This document shows positions 1 through 8,469 of a DNA stretch of 64,000 nucleotides, piece after piece. Numbering within the stretch: the first letter of the stretch is position 1; each line of letters starts with the position of its first letter. A program made the position numbers and the translations under genes. This stretch comes from a virus: positions 1-64,000 of IMG/VR virus record IMGVR_UViG_3300036826_000567. The stretch is one strand, 5' to 3'. The notes below the pieces were generated by a model that saw only the letters and a list, made by a program, of their open reading frames with translations, was not told the origin of the DNA and did not search any database.

Positions 1-56
1 GCCTCATCAATGACCTCGACGCGGGCATGCTCAAAGACAATGGTGCCGGGCTGGCG
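1..56. repeat. Inverted repeat copy 1 (56 bp exact, partner at 2623-2678)
   Basis: The reverse complement of 1-56 equals 2623-2678 exactly. Confidence 0.95.
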
Positions 57-287
57 CCGCCGTCCGCGTCGTGGGGGCTCATGGCCATAGCGTTGCACAT
101 AGAGCCCGCGCGCCGCTTCGGTCACGCTGTCGCGCTCCCTGGCAGTGATGCCGCGCCGATATCCCAGGACATGCAAGCGCCATTTGGTCAACCACACCTC
201 CGGGGGCCAGGCGGCCTGCCAGGTGCCATCGGGGGCAATGGGGTCATACTCAAAGAGCTTCGCATAGGTTTCCCGTACACGGGCCAT
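1..287 (-). CDS. Hypothetical protein, 3' end truncated by the window edge (MARVRETYAKLFEYD...RRQPGTIVFEHARVEVIDEA)
   Basis: Translated by hand: ATG at 287 with a GAGGAG RBS upstream, open to position 1. Not in the ORF track because it has no stop in the window. Confidence 0.7.
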   Translation of the reverse strand, partial: MARVRETYAKLFEYDPIAPDGTWQAAWPPEVWLTKWRLHVLGYRRGITARERDSVTEAARGLYVQRYGHEPPRRGRRRQPGTIVFEHARVEVIDE

Positions 288-424
288 TGGGGTCTCCTCT
301 AGAGGGGGTGGGGGTGTAAGGATATTCGGTGAGGGGCATAGGGTTCCCTTCCTTATAGACAACCATCGTGACACTCGTTGCTTCGTCACTTTTACCAAAG
401 ACCCATGGAATTGGCAGGGCGGAG

Positions 425-1144
425 TTACTCAGCACCTGGCCACAGGTACGAGCGCAGCTTTGAGACATAGAAAGTTACAACCCAGGGCTGGCCTTGTGCG
501 TCGGGCTTCTCGACTGCAAGAATGCCATCTTCTATACACAGAAATAAAGCACTCACAATCGTTGCTTTCTCTAATTGTAAAAGCTCCTCTGCCAACTCAA
601 GATCAATATCACTCTTGAGGATACTATGTTCCGCATAGGATGTTTCATCTGTAACCATCAACATGGCATGGAGCAACTCTCCAAGATAGGGAAGATTTTT
701 TGCTCGACCATAGCAGAGGCACGCCGCCGCAGTACGTTTATAGTGCCAGAGTCGATCATAGGTTCCTCTGCCACATGGAGCTTCGTCACTCATAGCTCCT
801 TTATGCTCCGCTCCTGACATCTCAGGAGTATGGATGCCATTCCATCGGGGCTTAAAGTGCTGAATAGCATGGCCTTCCATCTGCACAAGGTGGTCTTCTG
901 CCACAGGTAGCCAATATATCCGCTGACAGCCGACCGTTCGTAAAAATGACAGCTTGTGATGGCCACTTGTGAGACGATTCTTCAAGTGGATGGACTGCCC
1001 CAGATAGAGAAGGTCAGCCGTCTCATCCACAATAAAGTACAACCCACTCCTTGGAGGCAACGCGTTGAGATTGTTCGCGGCTACCCATGGTAATGCGGTG
1101 ATATTCACCGTTGTAATGTCAAACGGCTCGATGGAAATGTTCAC
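425..1144 (-). CDS. GIY-YIG domain nuclease-like protein
   Basis: SGLYFIVD...LLYLGQSIHLKNRL matches the GIY-YIG signature; C-terminal half unassigned. Confidence 0.75.
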   Translation of the reverse strand: MNISIEPFDITTVNITALPWVAANNLNALPPRSGLYFIVDETADLLYLGQSIHLKNRLTSGHHKLSFLRTVGCQRIYWLPVAEDHLVQMEGHAIQHFKPRWNGIHTPEMSGAEHKGAMSDEAPCGRGTYDRLWHYKRTAAACLCYGRAKNLPYLGELLHAMLMVTDETSYAEHSILKSDIDLELAEELLQLEKATIVSALFLCIEDGILAVEKPDAQGQPWVVTFYVSKLRSYLWPGAE

Positions 1145-1575
1145 TAGCTTCCTTTCTGTGACAGAATAACGCCGAGGGTATATTGCACCCAGGCACTCCG
1201 ACTCATGCCAAGCGCTTTCCGCTCGGCATCGAGTTTTGCGAGAATGGCATGGTCCAGATGGAATGTGACTGGCGCTTTCTTTGTCTGTGGTACACGATGC
1301 CGATGCCGACTTGCCTCAAGACCACTTTTCCGAGCATGGCAAGACTCGCAAAGGAGTTGGATATTGTCAGGGTAGTTTGTGCCACCTTCAATGAAGGCGA
1401 TGATATGGTCAAGCTCCAGCGTCTCCTGACGGCCGCATTGCTGGCAACAGGAGCTACAGCGTTGCCAGAGAGGCCCAAGATCATCGAGCGTGAGCTGTCC
1501 TGGAGCGCCATAATGCCGCGCACGAATATTCGCAGCCTGGAGCCGGGGCACCCAGGAAAGATGGGCGATAAGCAC
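1144..1575 (-). CDS. HNH endonuclease with C-terminal ribbon-helix-helix domain
   Basis: CxxC...LELDHIIAFIEGGTNYPDNIQLLCESCH (HNH motif), then VTFHLDHAILAKLDAERKALGMSRSAWV (RHH-like). Confidence 0.8.
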   Translation of the reverse strand: MLIAHLSWVPRLQAANIRARHYGAPGQLTLDDLGPLWQRCSSCCQQCGRQETLELDHIIAFIEGGTNYPDNIQLLCESCHARKSGLEASRHRHRVPQTKKAPVTFHLDHAILAKLDAERKALGMSRSAWVQYTLGVILSQKGS

Positions 1576-1784
1576 TAATCTTCTCCTTTCTCTAGCATGC
1601 GCTCGACCGCCAATTGAATGAGCATGCTGCGCTTAAGTCCTCGGCGCTTGGCGGTGGCATCGAGCCGTTGGAGCAGCCCCTTGTTAAAACGAACGTTGAC
1701 CTGCTGGGTCTCATCTTCTTCCGTAGTCCCTGCAATAAAACGCTTCGTCTGACGCTCCTGTGTTTGATTGGTCGGCATGGCCAT
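1575..1784 (-). CDS. Ribbon-helix-helix (CopG/ParG-like) partition partner
   Basis: VNVRFNKGLLQRLDATAKRRGLKRSMLIQLAV; directly downstream of parA with overlapping stop/start. Confidence 0.8.
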   Translation of the reverse strand: MAMPTNQTQERQTKRFIAGTTEEDETQQVNVRFNKGLLQRLDATAKRRGLKRSMLIQLAVERMLEKGED

Positions 1785-2443
1785 CAGACTCCCTCCCCTG
1801 CTGACTGTAAGCCTAACTCTGCTAGCACAGCACGAAACTCCGCTTGCACTTTAGCATCACGCCTGGGGATTTCTAGAACACTCCTTCCCTGCGTCTGTGC
1901 TTGGTGATACGCTTTGCGCCGTCCTAGTCGCGCCTGAAGTAACTGCATGCCACTGACATGCTCCTGAATATAGGCGACGGTATCGGCATTATCCTGGCCC
2001 TGCGCGTCGGCTGCATTTAACAGCAAGAGGGCTTCGATGTCAGCATGAAAGCTTTGGACCTCTTTGAGTAGTGATTGCATCTGATGTACTGTCCACATAT
2101 CAAACATACGGGGTTGCACCGGAATGATGAGTCGATCACTCGCCACGAGGGCTGCTCGTAGGCTCTCCGTATTCCGCCCTCCCACATCAATTACGACAAG
2201 GTCGTGATCTGGGGCCATGCGCTGTACAGAGGTGCGGACATTTGTCCCTGACAAACTGATGACCGCATACCCAGGATCACCAAGGAGTTCTGTTCGCAGT
2301 CGTGTAAAATCTGCAGCGGTCTGCTGAGCATCGGCATCGACCAGCAAGACCTTGCGCCCCCCAACCGCTTGGCTGATGGTGAGATTCAGAGCTACCGTGG
2401 TTTTACCCACACCTCCCTTGATATTCCCGACGGTGATTACCAT
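1784..2443 (-). CDS. parA: ParA-family partition ATPase (short type Ib-like)
   Basis: Deviant Walker A KGGVGKTT, VLLVDADAQ, VVIDVGG; start taken at MVITVGN. Confidence 0.92.
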   Translation of the reverse strand: MVITVGNIKGGVGKTTVALNLTISQAVGGRKVLLVDADAQQTAADFTRLRTELLGDPGYAVISLSGTNVRTSVQRMAPDHDLVVIDVGGRNTESLRAALVASDRLIIPVQPRMFDMWTVHQMQSLLKEVQSFHADIEALLLLNAADAQGQDNADTVAYIQEHVSGMQLLQARLGRRKAYHQAQTQGRSVLEIPRRDAKVQAEFRAVLAELGLQSAGEGV

Positions 2444-2452
2444 AGGATCTCC

Positions 2453-2530
2453 GTATAGCAAAAATATTCTATTACTAGAAAACGCTACTAAATGCTATTG
2501 AAGAGTATAGCACGATATTATTTGCTATAC
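2453..2530. promoter_or_regulatory. AT-rich parA upstream region with GTATAGCA repeats (operator/centromere and/or extended -10 promoters)
   Basis: GTATAGCA at 2453-2460 and 2505-2512; inverted copy TGCTATAC at 2523-2530. Confidence 0.45.
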
Positions 2531-2622
2531 ACTATGAATCATCCTGCATCGCACCGGAAGAAAGAAGCTCCCGCCTTGTTTCTTCCGGCCTGTGCAGACT
2601 ACGCAGTCAAGTCGCAGCGGCA

Positions 2623-2678
2623 CGCCAGCCCGGCACCATTGTCTTTGAGCATGCCCGCGTCGAGGTCATTGATGAGGC
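2623..2678. repeat. Inverted repeat copy 2 (partner at 1-56)
   Basis: Exact reverse complement of 1-56. Confidence 0.95.
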
Positions 2679-2727
2679 GGCGAGAGCGCTCTATGGGCCG
2701 CCGCCAGAAAGGACAAGGTGACGCCGC

Positions 2728-2931
2728 ATGGCTAATCTCGCCCACACATTCGATGCTCTTATCACGGGCCTTCAGGTCCTCAAGCCCCATGCACACAGTC
2801 TCGTCTTTGACGAGTACGCTGGCTGTATCGTGGGGCTTCGTGCTGATGCAGTGCTGAGTGATGCGGAGATTGCCACCCTGCGTGGTGCAGGATGGAGTTA
2901 TAGCGACAGGCATGCGTGGATGTTTGACTAA
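2728..2931 (+). CDS. Hypothetical protein
   Basis: ATG with an AAGGTGA RBS-like sequence upstream. Confidence 0.6.
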   Translation: MANLAHTFDALITGLQVLKPHAHSLVFDEYAGCIVGLRADAVLSDAEIATLRGAGWSYSDRHAWMFD

Positions 2932-2947
2932 ATGATAAGGAGCCTCT

Positions 2948-3169
2948 ATGACGTTGCTACGCTTCCTGACGAGTCTCGCCCTGGCTGTGACGCTGACCGC
3001 CTGTAGCGTGCACATGACGAAGCCTGGCGCAACCACCGCCGACTTCGAGCAGGATAAGGCCACCTGCGATTATCAGGTGTCGGCGGTGTCGATCCCGGCG
3101 ATGAGCCTGGTGACGCATTACGACCTCATGCAAAAATGTCTCAAGGCCCGCGGCTGGACACCGGAATGA
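2948..3169 (+). CDS. Small putative lipoprotein
   Basis: Hydrophobic N-terminus ending in a LTAC lipobox; GGAG RBS. Confidence 0.7.
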   Translation: MTLLRFLTSLALAVTLTACSVHMTKPGATTADFEQDKATCDYQVSAVSIPAMSLVTHYDLMQKCLKARGWTPE

Positions 3170-3625
3170 TCGCTCATTCTCCAGGGGGACATGGCGTCGA
3201 ACAAGCGTTGAGCCTTCTTCTTTCTTCTGTTCTACCACCACGCCACCCGCCCGGCCTTCCATCTTGTCATACTTTGGGCGTGGTGTACAGACGAAAATCT
3301 GGGAGCGACCTCCCCCTCGCCAACAGGACGAGGCTTCCTGCTGGTGAGTCACGTCGCCAAGCTCTCCGGTGCGCTTCTCCACTGGCTCACCACGTTGCGC
3401 TTGACACCGGGCCGCGCAAGGGATACTCTCACAGATGCGTATGCCTGAGATGCAAGAGAAGATAGTCCTATCTATCGTTCTCTAGGGCATACCTGCGCCT
3501 GCTCATCCCTCGCGATAGATAGCCTCTCTTCTCTCGACCTCTCGGGTCCACGCACCTCTTCTCTTCGGCTCAGTAATACGCTTGTGCCCGTATGATCCTC
3601 CACGCATGCGGGCATAAGGAGTGCT

Positions 3626-4156
3626 ATGCCTCGCAAGACACGCCTCACCCCTGCGCTGCAACAGGCCATTCTCACGGCGATCGTCGGCGGTGTGCCCTAC
3701 TACCAAGCGTGTCTCATGGCCGACGTCCCACCGAGCACGGCCACGCTCTGGCGGGAGCGCGGTGAGCATGGGCATAGCCAGCAGCGCACGGCTCCCCTCT
3801 ACATAGCATTCATAGCAGCGGTCAAAAAGGCAGAAGCCCAGGATGAGGCCCGCCGCTTGCTCCGCATTAATCAAGCCGGTGAAGGGGGGCAGGTGGTCTA
3901 TGAAAAAACCACGACCTACCCTGATGGGCGTCACGTGCATGAACTCAAGCGCACCCCGGCGGATTGGACCGCTCATGCGTGGCATCTCGAACGCAAATAT
4001 CCCGACCGCTATGCGCGCAAAGTCCAGGCAGATCTCACGCTGCACATCCAATCGCTCGTGGCCAAAGTGTCCGAGGATACGGGCTTGGACCCCGCGCTGA
4101 TTCTGCTGGAAGCCCAGGCCCTCTTACAGGAAGCCGATCATGCCCAAGGTGCTTGA
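3626..4156 (+). CDS. Terminase small subunit
   Basis: N-terminal HTH-like region, DWTAHAWHLERKYPDRY motif, overlaps the terL start; AGGAG RBS. Confidence 0.7.
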   Translation: MPRKTRLTPALQQAILTAIVGGVPYYQACLMADVPPSTATLWRERGEHGHSQQRTAPLYIAFIAAVKKAEAQDEARRLLRINQAGEGGQVVYEKTTTYPDGRHVHELKRTPADWTAHAWHLERKYPDRYARKVQADLTLHIQSLVAKVSEDTGLDPALILLEAQALLQEADHAQGA

Positions 4157-5912
4157 TCCTCGTCTTGCCCACCCTGACGTCATTGCGCTGGCGGCCTTGC
4201 GCCTCAAGCATCGCCTCGCTTCTCAGGGCGCCGCACCCCTGGCGGGCCTGCCCATCCCTGAGCGTACTCTTGCCGCCTTTGTCCAGCAGCGCCCCTGGCA
4301 GATTGATCGTCACGGTTTTGACTGGGAGCATCATCGCTATCTCTTGCCGCTCTACGAGGCATTTGCTGTCGCTCCGGGCCACTCTGACGGCCTCACGCTC
4401 ACCGTCATCAAGGGTGCCCAGGTGGGGGCCTCGGTCTGGGCCATGCTGGGTATGATCTTCTTGGCGGTCCTGTTTGCGGGCCGCAAGCTCGGCTATTTCC
4501 TCCCCGATCAGACCATGACCCACCTCTTTAGCCAGGATCGTTTCAAGCCCATGGTGGAGAGCAATCCGACCATTGGGGCCATGCTGGGCCGGCAGGATGC
4601 CACGAACAACATGCGGCTGCGCATGATTGGCGACTCCAGCATCTTTTTCAGCTATATGGGTGGCACCACGTCGACCGAATCCTTACCACTCCTGGGCATC
4701 TATTTTGATGAAGTGCGGCGCATGAATATGAGTGACATCGGCCTGGCCGAACAGCGTATCAGTCATAGTGAATACCCGGTGAACATCAAGCTCTCCACGG
4801 CTGGCTATCCTGGCAGTGACATCGACTATTACTACTCGCTCACCGATCAACGGGAGTGGCATACCCGGTGTCAGTGTCCCGATGGCATTGTCCTGGCTGA
4901 GACGTGGCCGGACTGCGTAGGGTTTGACGGCCCGGCCGTGTTCTACCGCTGCCCGCGGTGTGGCACCACCATTGCTGATCCCCAGGACGGCTCCTACGTT
5001 GCCCATGCGCCCTCGTCCCCCATTCCCGGCTTCCGTATCCCCCAAACGCTCTCACACGCGCCGCTGCATACGCCCCAGGCCCTGTGGGCACGCTATGTGA
5101 GTCCCAAGAGCGACCGGGGCGAGTTCTACCGTTCGACGCTGGGACGCCCCTATATCGACCCTGAGAGTCAACTGGTCACGGAACCCGACCTCGTCAGTTG
5201 CGAAGCTCCGGACCTGGCCTGGCAGCGTACAGGTGTCAAGTGTGCACTCGGCTGTGACTGCATGGGGGGCTTTGCCTGGGTGGTGATTAAAATGCTGGCG
5301 CCCACCGGCAAGCACCGTCTGGTTCACCTGGAGTGCATCGAGGACCTCGAGCCCCTGGGTGCCCGCTTTGACCAGCTCATGCACGATTTCGATGTCTCCT
5401 GTGCGGTCGTCGATATGCTGCCCAACTGGAACGATGCGATGCGGCTGGCGCAACGCTGGGTTCCGCGCATCTTCCTGGCTACCTATCAGAGTCATGACGC
5501 GATGATCGCCTGGCAGGATGCGGCCCATCCCAAAGCGCAGGAGAAGAACGAGGAGGACATCAAGACGAGTTTCCGCTACCGCGTCACGCTCAACCGCTAT
5601 AAAGTACTCGAATGGTCGCTGCGCCGTTTTCGTAACCGGGATAATGAGATGCCGCACCGGCGGGGATTGGTGCAGACCTTGACCGACGCGCACGGGATAC
5701 GTCGCCCGATGTTTGTCTGTGAAGAAGTGTATTGGGACCATATGCAACGCATGGTCACCAAAAAAGAGCTGCGGAATGCTGAAACGGGGGAGGTGCGCAT
5801 GGTGATGGTCAACCTCGGCATCGACCCGCACCTCTGTCACGCCAATGCCTATGCTGATGTCGCGTTACAACGGCAGCTGCGCCGCAGTGGCCTGATTGAG
5901 ATCCAGATTTGA
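4140..5912 (+). CDS. terL: Terminase large subunit, lambda GpA-type
   Basis: Walker A variant KGAQVGAS, Walker B YFDEV, STA motif, Cys zinc ribbon, C-terminal nuclease region (LGCD...DPHLCHA). Confidence 0.88.
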   Translation: MPKVLDPRLAHPDVIALAALRLKHRLASQGAAPLAGLPIPERTLAAFVQQRPWQIDRHGFDWEHHRYLLPLYEAFAVAPGHSDGLTLTVIKGAQVGASVWAMLGMIFLAVLFAGRKLGYFLPDQTMTHLFSQDRFKPMVESNPTIGAMLGRQDATNNMRLRMIGDSSIFFSYMGGTTSTESLPLLGIYFDEVRRMNMSDIGLAEQRISHSEYPVNIKLSTAGYPGSDIDYYYSLTDQREWHTRCQCPDGIVLAETWPDCVGFDGPAVFYRCPRCGTTIADPQDGSYVAHAPSSPIPGFRIPQTLSHAPLHTPQALWARYVSPKSDRGEFYRSTLGRPYIDPESQLVTEPDLVSCEAPDLAWQRTGVKCALGCDCMGGFAWVVIKMLAPTGKHRLVHLECIEDLEPLGARFDQLMHDFDVSCAVVDMLPNWNDAMRLAQRWVPRIFLATYQSHDAMIAWQDAAHPKAQEKNEEDIKTSFRYRVTLNRYKVLEWSLRRFRNRDNEMPHRRGLVQTLTDAHGIRRPMFVCEEVYWDHMQRMVTKKELRNAETGEVRMVMVNLGIDPHLCHANAYADVALQRQLRRSGLIEIQI

Positions 5913-6012
5913 CAACTCCCCGCCCTTCAGGGCGAGGATTCCTGACGGCTCCAGGGGAGCCGTGGAGGCATTTTCCCTCTCCCGCAGCCCGCGGGTGAGG
6001 ATGTTGCAGCTT
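5909..6012 (-). mobile_element. Orphan IS200/IS605 right-end / TnpB omegaRNA-like remnant
   Basis: Minus strand ends GAATCCTCGCCCTGAAGGGCGGGGAGTTGTCAA, resembling the tnpB right end at 48849-48883; upstream it translates to SCNILTRGL, like a TnpB C-terminus. Confidence 0.7.
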
Positions 6013-6034
6013 TGATTATTCTGAGGTTATCGGT

Positions 6035-7579
6035 GTGAGCGTCCAGAATCCGCATGCAAGTTATAGCGCTATGATTCCAACATGGGACGCATACAGGGTG
6101 GCATATATCGGCGAGGCTGCTGTCAAGAGTGCTCGTGACATCACCCGGAGTAGTCGTGGGCAATATGCGCCAGGGACACGATTCCTGGCGAGGCCAGCCG
6201 GCATGAAACGCGAAGATGCCTACGCGGCCTACCGCGACCGCGCAAGTTGGATTGGCGCAACAGAACGTGCGGTCCAGGGTATTACCGGCTCGGTCTTCCG
6301 TCATGAGCCAGAGCTACGCACGCCTGCTGCCCTGGAGCCTGATCTGGCCGACATCACCCAGACCGGTGTGTCGCTCCGCATGTTCGCCGAGCAGGTCGTG
6401 CGTGAGACGCTGCTCATGGGCCGCTATGGGCTGCTCGTGGACTTTCCCCCTGCGCTCGCCACGCCTGATGGCCGCACGCTCCCTCCCCCGCCGCAGAGCC
6501 GGCCCTACTGGGTGGGCTATCAGGCCGAGGAGATCACCAACTGGCGCACGCTGCAGCGCAACGGTGATACGATCCTCTCTCTCGTGGTGCTCAAGGAATG
6601 CGTGCCCGAGGTTCAGGGCATGTGGGGCAGCGACGATTTCTTCAAGGTGCGTGATCGCGTGCAGTACCGCGTGCTGCGCCTCAACGAGGCCGGAGAATAT
6701 GAGGTCAGCCTGTGGCGCGAGCCGGGCACCTCACCTGGCACCCAGGGCGGGGGCTTCGTGCCGGTCGCAGGCTGGATTCCCTTGCGCCAGGGGCAGCCGC
6801 TCGACTTCATCCCGTTCGTGTTTATGGCGCCGTTCTCGCTTGAGCCTGCTATCGAGAAGTCCTTACTGGATGCGCTGGTCAACCGCAACTTCCTCTGCTG
6901 GCGACACTCGGCGGACTATGAGCACGCCCTGCACCTCACAGCCATGCCGACCTTCTACGTCGCCGCGAATATGGAGCAGCCGCCTGAGCTCTACGTCGGC
7001 GCAAGCACAGCGCTGTTCCTGCCCGACAACCAGGCCAAGGTGGGCCTGGTGGAGTTCCACGGCCAGGGGCTTCAGCCGCATGAGACCGCCATCAAGGCCG
7101 ACCTCGAAATGATGGCGATGTTTGGGGCGAGCATCCTGCAAGGGCCACCTGCGGCTCAGGAGACGGCGACGAGTGTGGCGTGGCGTATGTCGGGCAGTGA
7201 TAGCCCGGTCCAGAGCCTCGTCAGTGTGGTGAGCCAGGGGATGACGTGGGCGTTGCAGGTGCATGCGTGGTGGCGCGGATTGACCGAGAGCCTTGATGAC
7301 GCGAGTATCGGCATTGCGCTCAACAAAGACCTGGTGTCCACCATCATGCCACCGCAGATGCTTCAAGCGTTGATGCAGGCGCTGCTGAATGGGACTATTT
7401 CATTTGAGACATTTTATTTTAACCTCCAGCGCGGAGAGATCGCGCGCCCGCTGGTCGATGTGGAAGAAGAACAAATGCTGATAGAAGACCAGCAGGCACA
7501 ACGTCCGTTAGTCACACTGCCGCCTGGACCACAGGCGCAACCACCTGGGCGCAATGGGACTAGCCGACAAGCGGCATAA
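6035..7579 (+). CDS. Portal protein (DUF4055-like)
   Basis: 514 aa after terL; YAAYRDRA, GRYGLLVDFP and LDFIPFVF motifs typical of this portal family. Confidence 0.85.
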   Translation: MSVQNPHASYSAMIPTWDAYRVAYIGEAAVKSARDITRSSRGQYAPGTRFLARPAGMKREDAYAAYRDRASWIGATERAVQGITGSVFRHEPELRTPAALEPDLADITQTGVSLRMFAEQVVRETLLMGRYGLLVDFPPALATPDGRTLPPPPQSRPYWVGYQAEEITNWRTLQRNGDTILSLVVLKECVPEVQGMWGSDDFFKVRDRVQYRVLRLNEAGEYEVSLWREPGTSPGTQGGGFVPVAGWIPLRQGQPLDFIPFVFMAPFSLEPAIEKSLLDALVNRNFLCWRHSADYEHALHLTAMPTFYVAANMEQPPELYVGASTALFLPDNQAKVGLVEFHGQGLQPHETAIKADLEMMAMFGASILQGPPAAQETATSVAWRMSGSDSPVQSLVSVVSQGMTWALQVHAWWRGLTESLDDASIGIALNKDLVSTIMPPQMLQALMQALLNGTISFETFYFNLQRGEIARPLVDVEEEQMLIEDQQAQRPLVTLPPGPQAQPPGRNGTSRQAA

Positions 7580-7590
7580 GGAGTATCACG

Positions 7591-7788
7591 ATGCCACTCC
7601 GGAAAGCTCCCAAGGGGGCCTCAAAGAAGACTCGAAATAAAATTTCGAGTGCCAACATACGCGAGATGCACAAGAGTAGCCGCTTCGCCAAAGTCAAACG
7701 GAAGTTTGGCGCCAAACGCGCCAATCGTATGGCCGTGGCCGCTGGTCTCTCGGCCATGCGGGGTGGGCGCAAGCGCCGGAAGCGGTAG
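7591..7788 (+). CDS. Small highly basic protein (possible DNA-condensing head protein)
   Basis: K/R-rich 65 aa; AGGAG RBS. Confidence 0.65.
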   Translation: MPLRKAPKGASKKTRNKISSANIREMHKSSRFAKVKRKFGAKRANRMAVAAGLSAMRGGRKRRKR

Positions 7789-7839
7789 CCCACTATGCCC
7801 TTGTGGAAGTGTGGAAGTGTGGAATACAGGAGGTGCCCT

Positions 7840-8265
7840 ATGGAACCCTATGACCCCACCCTCGAAGCCCTGGTCGATGCCATGATTCAAGCCCTCGACC
7901 ACGAGGCCGAGATGACCCGTGGCTACGTCGATAAGCTGCGCCAGCTCACCGTGACCATGCGGCATATCCTGGCCGACCCTGGCAGTCACGAGCCCACGCC
8001 TGAGCAGGAGCAGGTGATGCGCCAGGCCCTCGGTATGCTGGACGCGAAAGCCGGGGATGCGGAGCTGGACTATCTCGACGTGCTCAGGCGGTGTCAGGCC
8101 GCGGTCGAGAAGGAATTGTTCAAGTGGGATAGCAGCATCGTCCAACCTGCGGGCTTTAGCGGCGAGATTCAGATTCCCGTAGGCGGTGGCGAGTGGGAAA
8201 CGCATAGTCCGCCGAGTGACGAAGAGGTGCTGCGCCAGGTGCCGGCACACGCGAGCCGTAGGTAG
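7840..8265 (+). CDS. Hypothetical protein
   Basis: ATG at 7840 with an AGGAGG RBS. Confidence 0.65.
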   Translation: MEPYDPTLEALVDAMIQALDHEAEMTRGYVDKLRQLTVTMRHILADPGSHEPTPEQEQVMRQALGMLDAKAGDAELDYLDVLRRCQAAVEKELFKWDSSIVQPAGFSGEIQIPVGGGEWETHSPPSDEEVLRQVPAHASRR

Positions 8266-8271
8266 GGTGCG

Positions 8272-8469
8272 GTGGCTGATGTCCTGCTGCCCTGCCCCTT
8301 CTGTGGCAATGCCAACGTGAGCCTCTATGGTGGGGACGTGGGTGGCCAGTACGTGGCGGCACTCTGTCACCAGTGCTCGGCGATGGGGCCGGAAGCGGCG
8401 ACCCGTGAGGAGGCGGCTCTGAAGTGGAATAGGTGCGATGGCCGAGTCGATCAATCAACAGATCGCTGA
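8272..8469 (+). CDS. Lar-family restriction alleviation-like zinc-ribbon protein
   Basis: LLPCPFCG...CHQC...EEAALKWNR motif. Confidence 0.75.
   Translation: MADVLLPCPFCGNANVSLYGGDVGGQYVAALCHQCSAMGPEAATREEAALKWNRCDGRVDQSTDR

Noticed and set aside
1082-1100. TACCCATGGTA-ATGCGGTG resembles rearranged pieces of guide unit 7
   Set aside because: The match includes loop/box bases, does not fit the two-strand target geometry, and is short enough to be chance.
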